Shown: piece after piece, positions 25,844 to 33,173 of the stretch
Position numbering within the stretch: the stretch's first letter is position 1
How the letters are laid out: the number at the start of each line of letters is the position of its first letter
Assembly (NCBI GenBank): GCA_023301565.1
Contig: JALZUO010000037.1
Span: forward strand, 2,138-66,137
DNA length: 64,000 nucleotides
Origin: Oligoflexales bacterium
GTDB lineage: Bacteria > Bdellovibrionota_B > Oligoflexia > Oligoflexales > JALZUQ01
Direction of reading: 5' to 3'
Notes under the pieces: generated by a model
Told to the model about the DNA's origin: nothing
Databases searched by the model: none
The model's input: the letters and a program-made list of their open reading frames with translations, nothing else
Translations under genes and position numbers: made by a program

Positions 25844-26747
25844 CCTTAGTTTTCCTCGTATTCAAACCACGCAGGTATCTTCTTACGACGGAAGTGCAAA
25901 GTTTGTAGTTGAACTGTGGGATGGGCACCTAATTGAAATGGTGCTTATGCCTGAGAAAACCAGAACGACTTTGTGCTTATCTTCGCAGGTAGGCTGCGCT
26001 AGAGGTTGCCGGTTTTGCAACACTGCTCGCCTCAAGCTAGTTCGAAACCTAACCCTTGCAGAGTTTTCAGCGCAAATCGAACTTTCGCATAAATGGATGG
26101 AGTCCAACCGGGTTTGGGCAGAGCGTTGGAGGGTAACTTCTAAAGTCACAAACCTTGTGTTTATGGGGATGGGTGAGCCGCTCGATAACTTTGATGTTTT
26201 AACAAAGTTCTTGCCGGTAGCTATGGATCAAAAAGGTTTTTGCATCGCGCAAAAAAACATCTGTGTTTCTACTGTAGGCAGAGTAGATCACCTCTATAAG
26301 CTACATGAATTATATCCTCGCTTGCCGGTGGCTATTTCTTTGCATGCAGGACAAAGCTCGCTGCGCAAAAAGCTGATGCCGATAGAGCACGAATACTCTT
26401 TGCCAGAGATAGCTGAGTTTATTCAGATGAAGGTTTTAAACCACCGGCGAGACCCCCGCCTATTGATTCAGGTTCTTTTGATGCAAGGGGTAAACAACCT
26501 TGAAAAACATGCAAATGAACTTTTAGACTTTTTGAAATCCACAGGTTTACCGCAAGACCGGTTTAAAAAGATAAAAATAAACCTGATCCCTTTTAACTCT
26601 TTTGGTGAGTCAAACTTCGTAGAGCCTGACTCTGAAAGTGTGCTGGCCTTTAGGCACACTTTGGCACAAGCAGGGTTGCGGGTGATGGTCCGCTATTCTA
26701 AAGGACAAGATATTGCTGGTGCTTGTGGGCAGCTGGCTTTGAAGTAG
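25755..26747 (+). CDS. rlmN: radical-SAM 23S rRNA/tRNA A-C2 methyltransferase, N-terminally short
   Basis: SSQVGCARGCRFCNT (CxxxCxxC), GMGEPLDN, and C-terminal GACGQL. The first radical-SAM Cys is at residue 81, versus about 125 in E. coli RlmN. The ORF overlaps the HAMP gene by 89 nt. Confidence 0.8.
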   Translation: MTCSDLQKNSTPLPAPLKGQRQEQKLDPTSLSFPRIQTTQVSSYDGSAKFVVELWDGHLIEMVLMPEKTRTTLCLSSQVGCARGCRFCNTARLKLVRNLTLAEFSAQIELSHKWMESNRVWAERWRVTSKVTNLVFMGMGEPLDNFDVLTKFLPVAMDQKGFCIAQKNICVSTVGRVDHLYKLHELYPRLPVAISLHAGQSSLRKKLMPIEHEYSLPEIAEFIQMKVLNHRRDPRLLIQVLLMQGVNNLEKHANELLDFLKSTGLPQDRFKKIKINLIPFNSFGESNFVEPDSESVLAFRHTLAQAGLRVMVRYSKGQDIAGACGQLALK

Positions 26748-26756
26748 GTGGACAGT

Positions 26757-27866
26757 TTAAGAATGGGTAAGGGTTATAACAGACTCAATCTCTTTTTGAA
26801 GAAAATAGCGCACAGTCTTTAGGCTCCCTTCCTTTCTGAAAATTTTGAGTTGCACAAGAGCAGATAAATCTCTTGTGGCTGTTGCTCTCGAACACTTAGT
26901 CATAGCTAGGTAGTTGTTTGCGCTCAACCCCCCATCAAACCTGTCTGGCGCAGCAGCAAAAACTCGATCAATTGCTTTTCTTTGCCTCGGGTTTAACTCG
27001 CCAGCAAAACTATCATAAACCTTTGCTTTCTCAAGAATGGATCTGATCTTTGCGATTGTTCCGTCCATACTTTGCAGGACCACCTCAGAAAAGTATTCAA
27101 GCCAGGTTGTTATTTCAAGGCCCTTAGAGCATTGAGATAGCAGGGCATAATATTCTTTTTGCCGTCGGCTGATTGCCCAAGAAAGGTATAACAAAGGAGC
27201 AAAATCTAAGTCTTCCATCAAAGACTTCTCTACTAAAAGCCGCCCGATTCTTCCGTTTCCATCTGCGTATGGGTGGATAGATTCAAAATAAAGGTGAGCA
27301 ATGGAGGCATGAACAATAGGTGGTTGGACTGGGTTGTTGAACCATTCGATAAATCTTTTCATTTCTAAGTCAAGCTTGTTGTGCTCTGGAGCTTCATAGT
27401 GAACGGTCTGGTTTTTGCTTCCACCTGAAATAATATAAACTGGAGCTGATCGAAAAACACCTATATTTTTAATCTTTAAGCTCTTGTTTAGTAAACCCTT
27501 GTGCCAACTGTTTAGCAAGGGCACCGTGATGATTTTTCCAAGTGATAGGTGAACATCTGTAATTGCTTTTGCTATATTCGCTTCTTTTTGCGGGAGGCTT
27601 TTGCTTGCCGGGCTCAAGCCAAAATGATTTTCAATCGAAGCCCTAATACTTTGTCTGTGAAGATACTCTCCTTCGATTTCAGAGGTGATATAGGCTTCTT
27701 CAGTTAGAATGTCAGCGATGGCTTCGCTTCTGCTTGTTTTCAAAAGAGGCTCTAAGTAGCCTTTTAGTACACCTGACTTGTGTAGGTACTGTTCGTGCAC
27801 TTTTTGAAACTGACTTTTCTCAAAAACAAAGTTGGGCCAATCCTCGTGCTGCCAGTTCCATTTCAT
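26757..27866 (-). CDS. Fic family protein (class II, N-terminal inhibitory helix, C-terminal wHTH-like region)
   Basis: Fic motif HPYADGNGRIGR. Inhibitory motif TSEIEG ([S/T]xxxE[G/N]) lies N-terminal to the core. The N-terminus MKWNWQHEDWPNFVF is typical of DUF4172-type Fic proteins. Confidence 0.9.
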   Translation of the reverse strand: MKWNWQHEDWPNFVFEKSQFQKVHEQYLHKSGVLKGYLEPLLKTSRSEAIADILTEEAYITSEIEGEYLHRQSIRASIENHFGLSPASKSLPQKEANIAKAITDVHLSLGKIITVPLLNSWHKGLLNKSLKIKNIGVFRSAPVYIISGGSKNQTVHYEAPEHNKLDLEMKRFIEWFNNPVQPPIVHASIAHLYFESIHPYADGNGRIGRLLVEKSLMEDLDFAPLLYLSWAISRRQKEYYALLSQCSKGLEITTWLEYFSEVVLQSMDGTIAKIRSILEKAKVYDSFAGELNPRQRKAIDRVFAAAPDRFDGGLSANNYLAMTKCSRATATRDLSALVQLKIFRKEGSLKTVRYFLQKEIESVITLTHS

Positions 27867-27889
27867 GAGTTAAAGTGCCTCTATTTATA

Positions 27890-27937
27890 CCTCATATTAT
27901 CGATTTATATGAGTTATAAGTAAAGAGTTTATAACTC
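27890..27937. promoter_or_regulatory. nested inverted repeats immediately upstream of fic (operator candidate)
   Basis: Perfect 10-bp IR TGAGTTATAA (27909-27918) / TTATAACTCA (27928-27937) with a 9-nt spacer. An overlapping 7-bp IR is CTCATAT (27890-27896) / ATATGAG (27906-27912), also with a 9-nt spacer. No T-run follows, so it does not look like a terminator. Confidence 0.35.
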
Positions 27938-28211
27938 AGACTATTGTAAGGCACTATAATTATTGCTTTTTAAAAAGAAGTTTTATTCCTCCCATCATCC
28001 GTTGCCCCGCCCAAGTTTGAGTCGCCCCCTAGCAAGAGCTGCTTTATAGCCAGGATGCAAGGCGACGATGGGTTTGCACAGGTGCCTTTCGGGCCGTTTT
28101 TACACCAAGATATGGCGAATGCTCTAGGAGTTCTTGGCTTGTTAGAATTAAGTAAGTCTGCAAAAGATCTTCCGGCAGCTCCGAACGGGCTTTTTTGACT
28201 TTTTAAGATAA

Positions 28212-28241
28212 AAGACCTCTGAAGATAACTCCAGAGGTCTT
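28212..28241. terminator. hairpin, probable (bidirectional) terminator after the REC-PilZ gene
   Basis: Perfect 10-bp stem AAGACCTCTG / CAGAGGTCTT with a 10-nt loop. On the minus strand it is followed by TTATCTT. On the plus strand it is followed by CGCAGTTTTT. Confidence 0.5.
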
Positions 28242-28265
28242 CGCAGTTTTTAGCCTGCATTTGAT

Positions 28266-28997
28266 TTACATGTAGTATTTAAGCTCACCCTGCATTTTAT
28301 TTTGTAGAACAAACTTTTCTATTTTCCGCTTAGCTTCGGTAGAAATATTGCTAAATCTTAGAGCTGTTTTGTAGCCTGTGTCTGTTTTTTCTTCTTCTTG
28401 GCGAACCACCTGAGCACCTAGAACAAAAGCGCGTTTGTAGCCTGGTAGCTTCATTTTTACTTGCACGGAAGCTTCTTTTTCGGTGCGGTAATCTGTTTCT
28501 ACTAGTATGCCAGTAGGTGAAATATCTAGAACCGTGCTCATCATCAGTTCGTCGTTGTATTTTAGCTCAGCGTCAAAGCTCGTTGCTACCCGGTCAGAGG
28601 TGCGCGTAGCTTGAGATAAAAAAGATTTCACTTTCTCAATGAAAAGATCGCGTGGTATAGGCTGCTCGATGTATTCATCTACGCCTGCTGCATTTACTTT
28701 GCGGCGCAAACGCCCGGACTGCACGCTTGCTGCAACAACAGGGATGTCCTTAAATTTTTTGCTAGTTTTCAGGTATTGCACCAAAGACACTCCGTCCATA
28801 TTCAGTTGATCTAAGTTGATCAAGATCAACGAGATTTCTCTATTGAGAAGATGCTTTTCGACCGTATTGAAGTTTTTGGCCGTCCACACTCGCATACCCA
28901 TTTTGCGGTAGGCTGCTCTGTCCAAATCCGAAGTCACACCACGTGCATCTACCGAAAGGATATCGTTTAAACCGGACTCTATTGCGAGCTGTCCCAT
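28266..28997 (-). CDS. receiver-like domain fused to a PilZ (c-di-GMP binding) domain
   Basis: PilZ motifs RTSDR (RxxxR) and DISPTG (DxSxxG). The N-terminal REC-like fold has LILINLDQLNMDG. The acidic pair reads VDAR and the conserved Lys position reads YIEQP. A strong SD (GGGGAG) is present. Confidence 0.75.
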   Translation of the reverse strand: MGQLAIESGLNDILSVDARGVTSDLDRAAYRKMGMRVWTAKNFNTVEKHLLNREISLILINLDQLNMDGVSLVQYLKTSKKFKDIPVVAASVQSGRLRRKVNAAGVDEYIEQPIPRDLFIEKVKSFLSQATRTSDRVATSFDAELKYNDELMMSTVLDISPTGILVETDYRTEKEASVQVKMKLPGYKRAFVLGAQVVRQEEEKTDTGYKTALRFSNISTEAKRKIEKFVLQNKMQGELKYYM

Positions 28998-29243
28998 GAT
29001 TTTCTCCCCTTTTTTGCGGAGCTAGCTGCCTGCTAGTTCTCCGTCAAAAACAAAAACAACTGATATATAGGTTTCGGATTGTTTGAGGCTCGAAGTTAAG
29101 AAAGGTGACATCACCCACCTAAAGGTTCGTTTTCATTGATAAAAAAGAGCTTCGAAAAGGGTTAATTAGCATCAAATTTGCGGATTCTGCGTTATGTTCT
29201 ATGGTGGGGGTGTCTAAGGTTTTTACGCAAAATACGGGAAATA

Positions 29244-30008
29244 ATGGAAAAAGAAGGTCAAAACAAGAATAAGCTCCCCGTCTGGGAACTGCTGGTAAGT
29301 CGTGGTTTGGCCGATGGTAAGAAGCATGCTCAGAGCCTTGTTATGGCCGGGCAGGTCGTAGTCAATGACCAGCGCATAGACAAACCAAGCACCCTGGTAA
29401 AAGAGAGTGGAGCCATCCGCATTAAAGGCAGGCCTATGTTTGTAAGCCGCGCCGGTGAAAAGCTTTTTCAGTGGGCTGAGGCAGGCGGCAGGCTAGAGTT
29501 GTTCAAAGGCGCTTCTGTTCTCGACATTGGCTCTTCTACAGGTGGGTTTAGTGATGTTGCTCTGCGCTATGGAAGTACTTCTATATCTTGCGTGGATGTC
29601 GGCACCAACCAGCTTGCTTGGAAGCTGCGCTCCGACCCTAGGGTGTCCGTATATGAAAAAACAGATATTCAAGCATTTGATCCTTTAGATGAACGCTATA
29701 GTTTGGTTTTGATGGATGTTAGCTTTCAGTCGGTAGCAAGGCTGCTTCCCAAGCTTCCTTGGAAATCTTTTATCTCAGAGTGCAACTTTGTTTTTTTAGT
29801 AAAGCCTCAGTTTGAACTGTCGTCGACAAAGATTCCTAGTGGAGGGGTCGTGGTAGATTCTAGCTTGCACGCTGAAGCAAATAAGATTGTACTTGAGAAA
29901 CTAAGTTCTTTGCCACTTGAGGTTATAGATCTTAGGCCTAGCCCGGTTCTGGGACGAACAGGAAACCAAGAGTTTTTCTTGCACTGCAAGTTGAATTCTA
30001 CGGCTTGA
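29244..30008 (+). CDS. tlyA: TlyA-family rRNA 2'-O-methyltransferase (S4 + FtsJ-like)
   Basis: S4-like LVSRGLADGKKHAQSLVMAGQVVVNDQRIDKPSTLV and SAM motif VLDIGSSTGGFSDVAL. The ATG at 29244 is preferred to the track start at 29178. Confidence 0.85.
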   Translation: MEKEGQNKNKLPVWELLVSRGLADGKKHAQSLVMAGQVVVNDQRIDKPSTLVKESGAIRIKGRPMFVSRAGEKLFQWAEAGGRLELFKGASVLDIGSSTGGFSDVALRYGSTSISCVDVGTNQLAWKLRSDPRVSVYEKTDIQAFDPLDERYSLVLMDVSFQSVARLLPKLPWKSFISECNFVFLVKPQFELSSTKIPSGGVVVDSSLHAEANKIVLEKLSSLPLEVIDLRPSPVLGRTGNQEFFLHCKLNSTA

Positions 30009-30173
30009 ATCTGGGTCGAAACCAGGCACTACAAAGCTTTTTGTACTCTTTGAACCCTATGGTGTCCATGGGGCAAGGCGCCATATCTGTCTTTTGATTG
30101 CCAATGTTTGGTCAAGCAGTTAAAAAATAAGGAAGAGAATACATAAATTGATTGCAGGGATAGGAGTAGGTTT

Positions 30174-31649
30174 ATGGCTCATTTTTTTAGGTTTCTTAGA
30201 ACAAATATTGGCAAAACTGCCACAGTCACAATGTTCGCAGCTGCGATCGCAGCAACCATGGGATTTTCTTCTATGGCCTTGGGTGGTGAACTTGATCTTG
30301 CACCAGACAACTTTGCTTATGGAGATACCAACGCAGTCTTTGTTGACTTGCAAAGCTCTACTGCTTCGGTGGAGTTTGATGTTAGCTCTAAAGAGTACCG
30401 GGGGACATCACGCTTAGAGTTTATCAGCGAGCAAGCAGGTAAACCGCTTTTTGATTTTGCTGGCAAGATAGAATCTGTGGTTTTAAACGGTCAGCAGCTT
30501 GATGCCGACCAGGTTAAGAAAATATTTGATCCGGACAATAGATCGTCACTTCGGCTTATAGATGCTTATTTAGATGCTGGTAGGCATTCAGTTGAGTTTA
30601 GCTTTACGGCCAGCTCCTCCAACTTTAAATTTTTAAGCGATGCAGTACGTGCTGGCTTTTTTATGAGTGATTTGAGCGGCGCGGTGGTTGGCGATGGCCG
30701 AAACTTTATAGAAGAGTACCTGCCTTCTACCTTTGAATATGACCATTATCAGCAAGATCTTGAGGTTAAAATTGTCGGCGCTTCGAAGTCTCATGTTTTG
30801 ATGGTTAATGGAAAGAGCACAGTCTTAGGAAAAAACCACTGGTCGATATCTTTTCCGGCCTATTATGGCCCGTCTTCTTTTTACCTTCATCTTTTCGAGG
30901 ACGGACATTTTAAAGTTGAGGAGTTTGCCTATCAAGGTTTAGAAAAGAAGATTCCGCTAACTGTTTATGCAAATTCAGACTCGCTCGTAAAGCAAGGAAT
31001 GAACGGGTCAAAAAAGGTTTTAGCCGATCTAGAAAAAACATTTGGAGCGTACCTTCATGATTACGCCATTGTTTATGTTACCAAAGTATATGATGGCGGT
31101 ATGGAACATGCAGGTGCCACAATTACTGGGATTTGGGCACTAGAGCATGAGTTTACGCACTTTTGGTTTGCCCGAGGTGTTATGCCAGCAGGTGGAAACT
31201 CTGGTTGGATTGACGAAGCAATTGCCAGTTGGAGAGATGATGGCTTCCGTGCAGCAGCTGTTCCAAGCGCAAGAAGGTCGGTGAACCTTGGGGGTTATTC
31301 ACAGTATAGGCGAGATACCGAGTATCAGGCATATGAAAAAGGTGAAGCGTATCTTCGTGAGCTGCATACCCAGTTCAAGGTTCAATATGGTGTCTCGGGC
31401 CTTAAAAAGGTTTTAGCCGAGCTTTTTGCAGAGAAAAAAGGACAGAGTATTTCCAGCGAAAACTTTAAAGAGTTTCTAGAGGAAAGAGCTGAGTTTGATA
31501 TAGAAGAAAGCTTTGATCGTTATGTTTACGGAAAAAAGTCTGTGGGAGAGGTTGTTGAAGAGACGCAGCTTAGTGGTTTTGGCCAGGGCCCAAGGTTGAC
31601 AGATCACCCGGTGCCATTTACCTCTGATCAGCTGAGGAACCTGTTGTAA
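30174..31649 (+). CDS. secreted M1-family zinc metallopeptidase (short aminopeptidase-N-like)
   Basis: Signal peptide present. GGMEHAG is GAMEN-like. HEFTH followed 18 residues later by E (WIDEAIASW) fits HExxHx18E. Confidence 0.75.
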   Translation: MAHFFRFLRTNIGKTATVTMFAAAIAATMGFSSMALGGELDLAPDNFAYGDTNAVFVDLQSSTASVEFDVSSKEYRGTSRLEFISEQAGKPLFDFAGKIESVVLNGQQLDADQVKKIFDPDNRSSLRLIDAYLDAGRHSVEFSFTASSSNFKFLSDAVRAGFFMSDLSGAVVGDGRNFIEEYLPSTFEYDHYQQDLEVKIVGASKSHVLMVNGKSTVLGKNHWSISFPAYYGPSSFYLHLFEDGHFKVEEFAYQGLEKKIPLTVYANSDSLVKQGMNGSKKVLADLEKTFGAYLHDYAIVYVTKVYDGGMEHAGATITGIWALEHEFTHFWFARGVMPAGGNSGWIDEAIASWRDDGFRAAAVPSARRSVNLGGYSQYRRDTEYQAYEKGEAYLRELHTQFKVQYGVSGLKKVLAELFAEKKGQSISSENFKEFLEERAEFDIEESFDRYVYGKKSVGEVVEETQLSGFGQGPRLTDHPVPFTSDQLRNLL

Positions 31650-31685
31650 GGCGCAGTCTTCAAAAAAAATCGTATTTTTTTGCTA

Positions 31686-31717
31686 AGTCTCGGTGTTTTT
31701 GACACCGAGACTTTTTG
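31686..31717 (+). terminator. rho-independent terminator after the M1 peptidase gene
   Basis: AGTCTCGGTG TTTTTGA CACCGAGACT, a perfect 10-bp stem, followed by TTTTTG. Confidence 0.7.
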
Positions 31718-31768
31718 TTTAATAGACTGATATCACAGGTTATTTTTAAAAAACATCGATTGGGCGAG

Positions 31769-31798
31769 TTGAGTAACCGATGGGTGGTTTGTTACAAT
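31769..31798 (+). promoter_or_regulatory. sigma-70-like promoter candidate for the 31834 lipoprotein gene
   Basis: TTGAGT (31769-31774), an 18-nt spacer, then TACAAT (31793-31798). It lies about 35 nt upstream of the ATG. Confidence 0.4.
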
Positions 31799-31833
31799 GA
31801 TACAGTCCCATTTTTTGCCCGGCTTGGAGCTTT

Positions 31834-32469
31834 ATGAACATACCTTTAAACCATTGGTTTTCTGCAAAAGCATTGTTTACCGTTTCTCTTTGCTTTTTTA
31901 TTGTTTCATGTGCCGAAGGAGAGCCCGAAGAAGAGCAAGGTTCAGCGCAGCAGCTTGTTTTGACTAAGGGAGATGTTCAAAGCCGCTCTTCGGTAGAGGC
32001 TGTTTGCGGATCTCTTCTCGAAGGCTTTAGCCTAGCGATCGACTCGGTGCTGCCAGCTAACCATCAGCCAAACTTAGCGCTGCCACCAAAGTACAAACTT
32101 ACAGTAGAGCCTGCTAGAGCTGGTGCTACTGCTGAGATTGTTGGGAAGCTTGAAACACGCATTTCTAAAGACGAGTTAACCACTTCTTTTCTTTCGCAAG
32201 AACAGATTGCTGGCGTCTGTCAAATCATCCAAACAGATTGGAAAAACCTGACAAACGAATCCGTGGAAGCAGAGTTCAACGATCACTGCAACGTAGAGCT
32301 TGCCGGCGACCAGTTGGTCGGGGCTTTTGTTCAGCTAGAATCTTCTTTGAAAGAGTTATACATACTACGCTGGGGGCTGGATCTATTGGTGGAAACATGT
32401 ATTCCCGCTGGTTCTCATACGGCTATGCAAAGTGGCGTAAATTCTTTTTTAGACATTGTTTCGAAGTAA
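31834..32469 (+). CDS. hypothetical lipoprotein (211 aa)
   Basis: The N-terminal hydrophobic segment ends in the lipobox-like FIVSC, followed by an acidic linker (AEGEPEEEQG). Confidence 0.55.
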   Translation: MNIPLNHWFSAKALFTVSLCFFIVSCAEGEPEEEQGSAQQLVLTKGDVQSRSSVEAVCGSLLEGFSLAIDSVLPANHQPNLALPPKYKLTVEPARAGATAEIVGKLETRISKDELTTSFLSQEQIAGVCQIIQTDWKNLTNESVEAEFNDHCNVELAGDQLVGAFVQLESSLKELYILRWGLDLLVETCIPAGSHTAMQSGVNSFLDIVSK

Positions 32470-32522
32470 GCGTTTTAAGTTAGATTCAGAAACTGAATTT
32501 AAAAACTAGTAGGAATATTATC

Positions 32523-33134
32523 GTGGTTGATTGGAATGCCTTGTATAAAGAGTCAAGGACTGGTTGGGATCTTTCTGGCCCACACCCTTGCTTGCCCGAC
32601 TTGGTCGCATTAGCCGAAGGCCACGTACCTGGTGTTTTGCCTTCCTCGGAAAAGTTAAAATCAGTTCTAGTTCCAGGTTGTGGCTATGGGCATGCGGCAG
32701 ATTTTTTTTCTAAGCTTGGCTACTCGGTAGTTGCCGTGGATCTGTCCGAGCTGGCAATTGAACAGGCTACAAAAAAGTATGGCGGCCCAAACTGCAAGTT
32801 CATTGCCGGCGATTTCTTTGCAGCGGATTTTCTAAAGGGTAAGTTTGATCTGGTCTACGACCGGGCGATGTACTGTGCCCTGGATGCAGATAGGCGGGCG
32901 GCTTACTTCAAAAAGTGCACAGACCTGCTAAAGCCAAATGGTTCCTTTCTGTCCATTCTTTTTCATGAGATTGATCCGCAGCTGGTAGAGAACGGACCAC
33001 CGTTTGAAGCCGACTTTGCGGCCCTTTTAGCAGATGCTGGGGGCTTGGATATGAGCCTAATATTTCGTCAGGATGTGGCCGGTAGTGGCCCCAAAGCTAT
33101 CCTTCGTGAATCTCTGGTTGGGTTTCTCAAGTAA
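32523..33134 (+). CDS. TPMT-like SAM-dependent (thiol/halide) methyltransferase
   Basis: GTG start. W..LY......WD at the N-terminus, VLVPGCGYGHAADFF (motif I) and VVAVDLSELAI. The length (203 aa) fits the thiopurine S-methyltransferase family. Confidence 0.65.
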   Translation: MVDWNALYKESRTGWDLSGPHPCLPDLVALAEGHVPGVLPSSEKLKSVLVPGCGYGHAADFFSKLGYSVVAVDLSELAIEQATKKYGGPNCKFIAGDFFAADFLKGKFDLVYDRAMYCALDADRRAAYFKKCTDLLKPNGSFLSILFHEIDPQLVENGPPFEADFAALLADAGGLDMSLIFRQDVAGSGPKAILRESLVGFLK

Positions 33135-33173
33135 ATTTAGGTATAAAGCTCTATATAGTTGGAGCATATACAC

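Noticed and set aside
27970-28260. A 96-aa minus-strand ORF from the track, considered as a real CDS.
   Set aside because: It has no SD, an odd composition, and a terminator-like hairpin within its first 20 codons. I kept it only as an ambiguous region in the findings.
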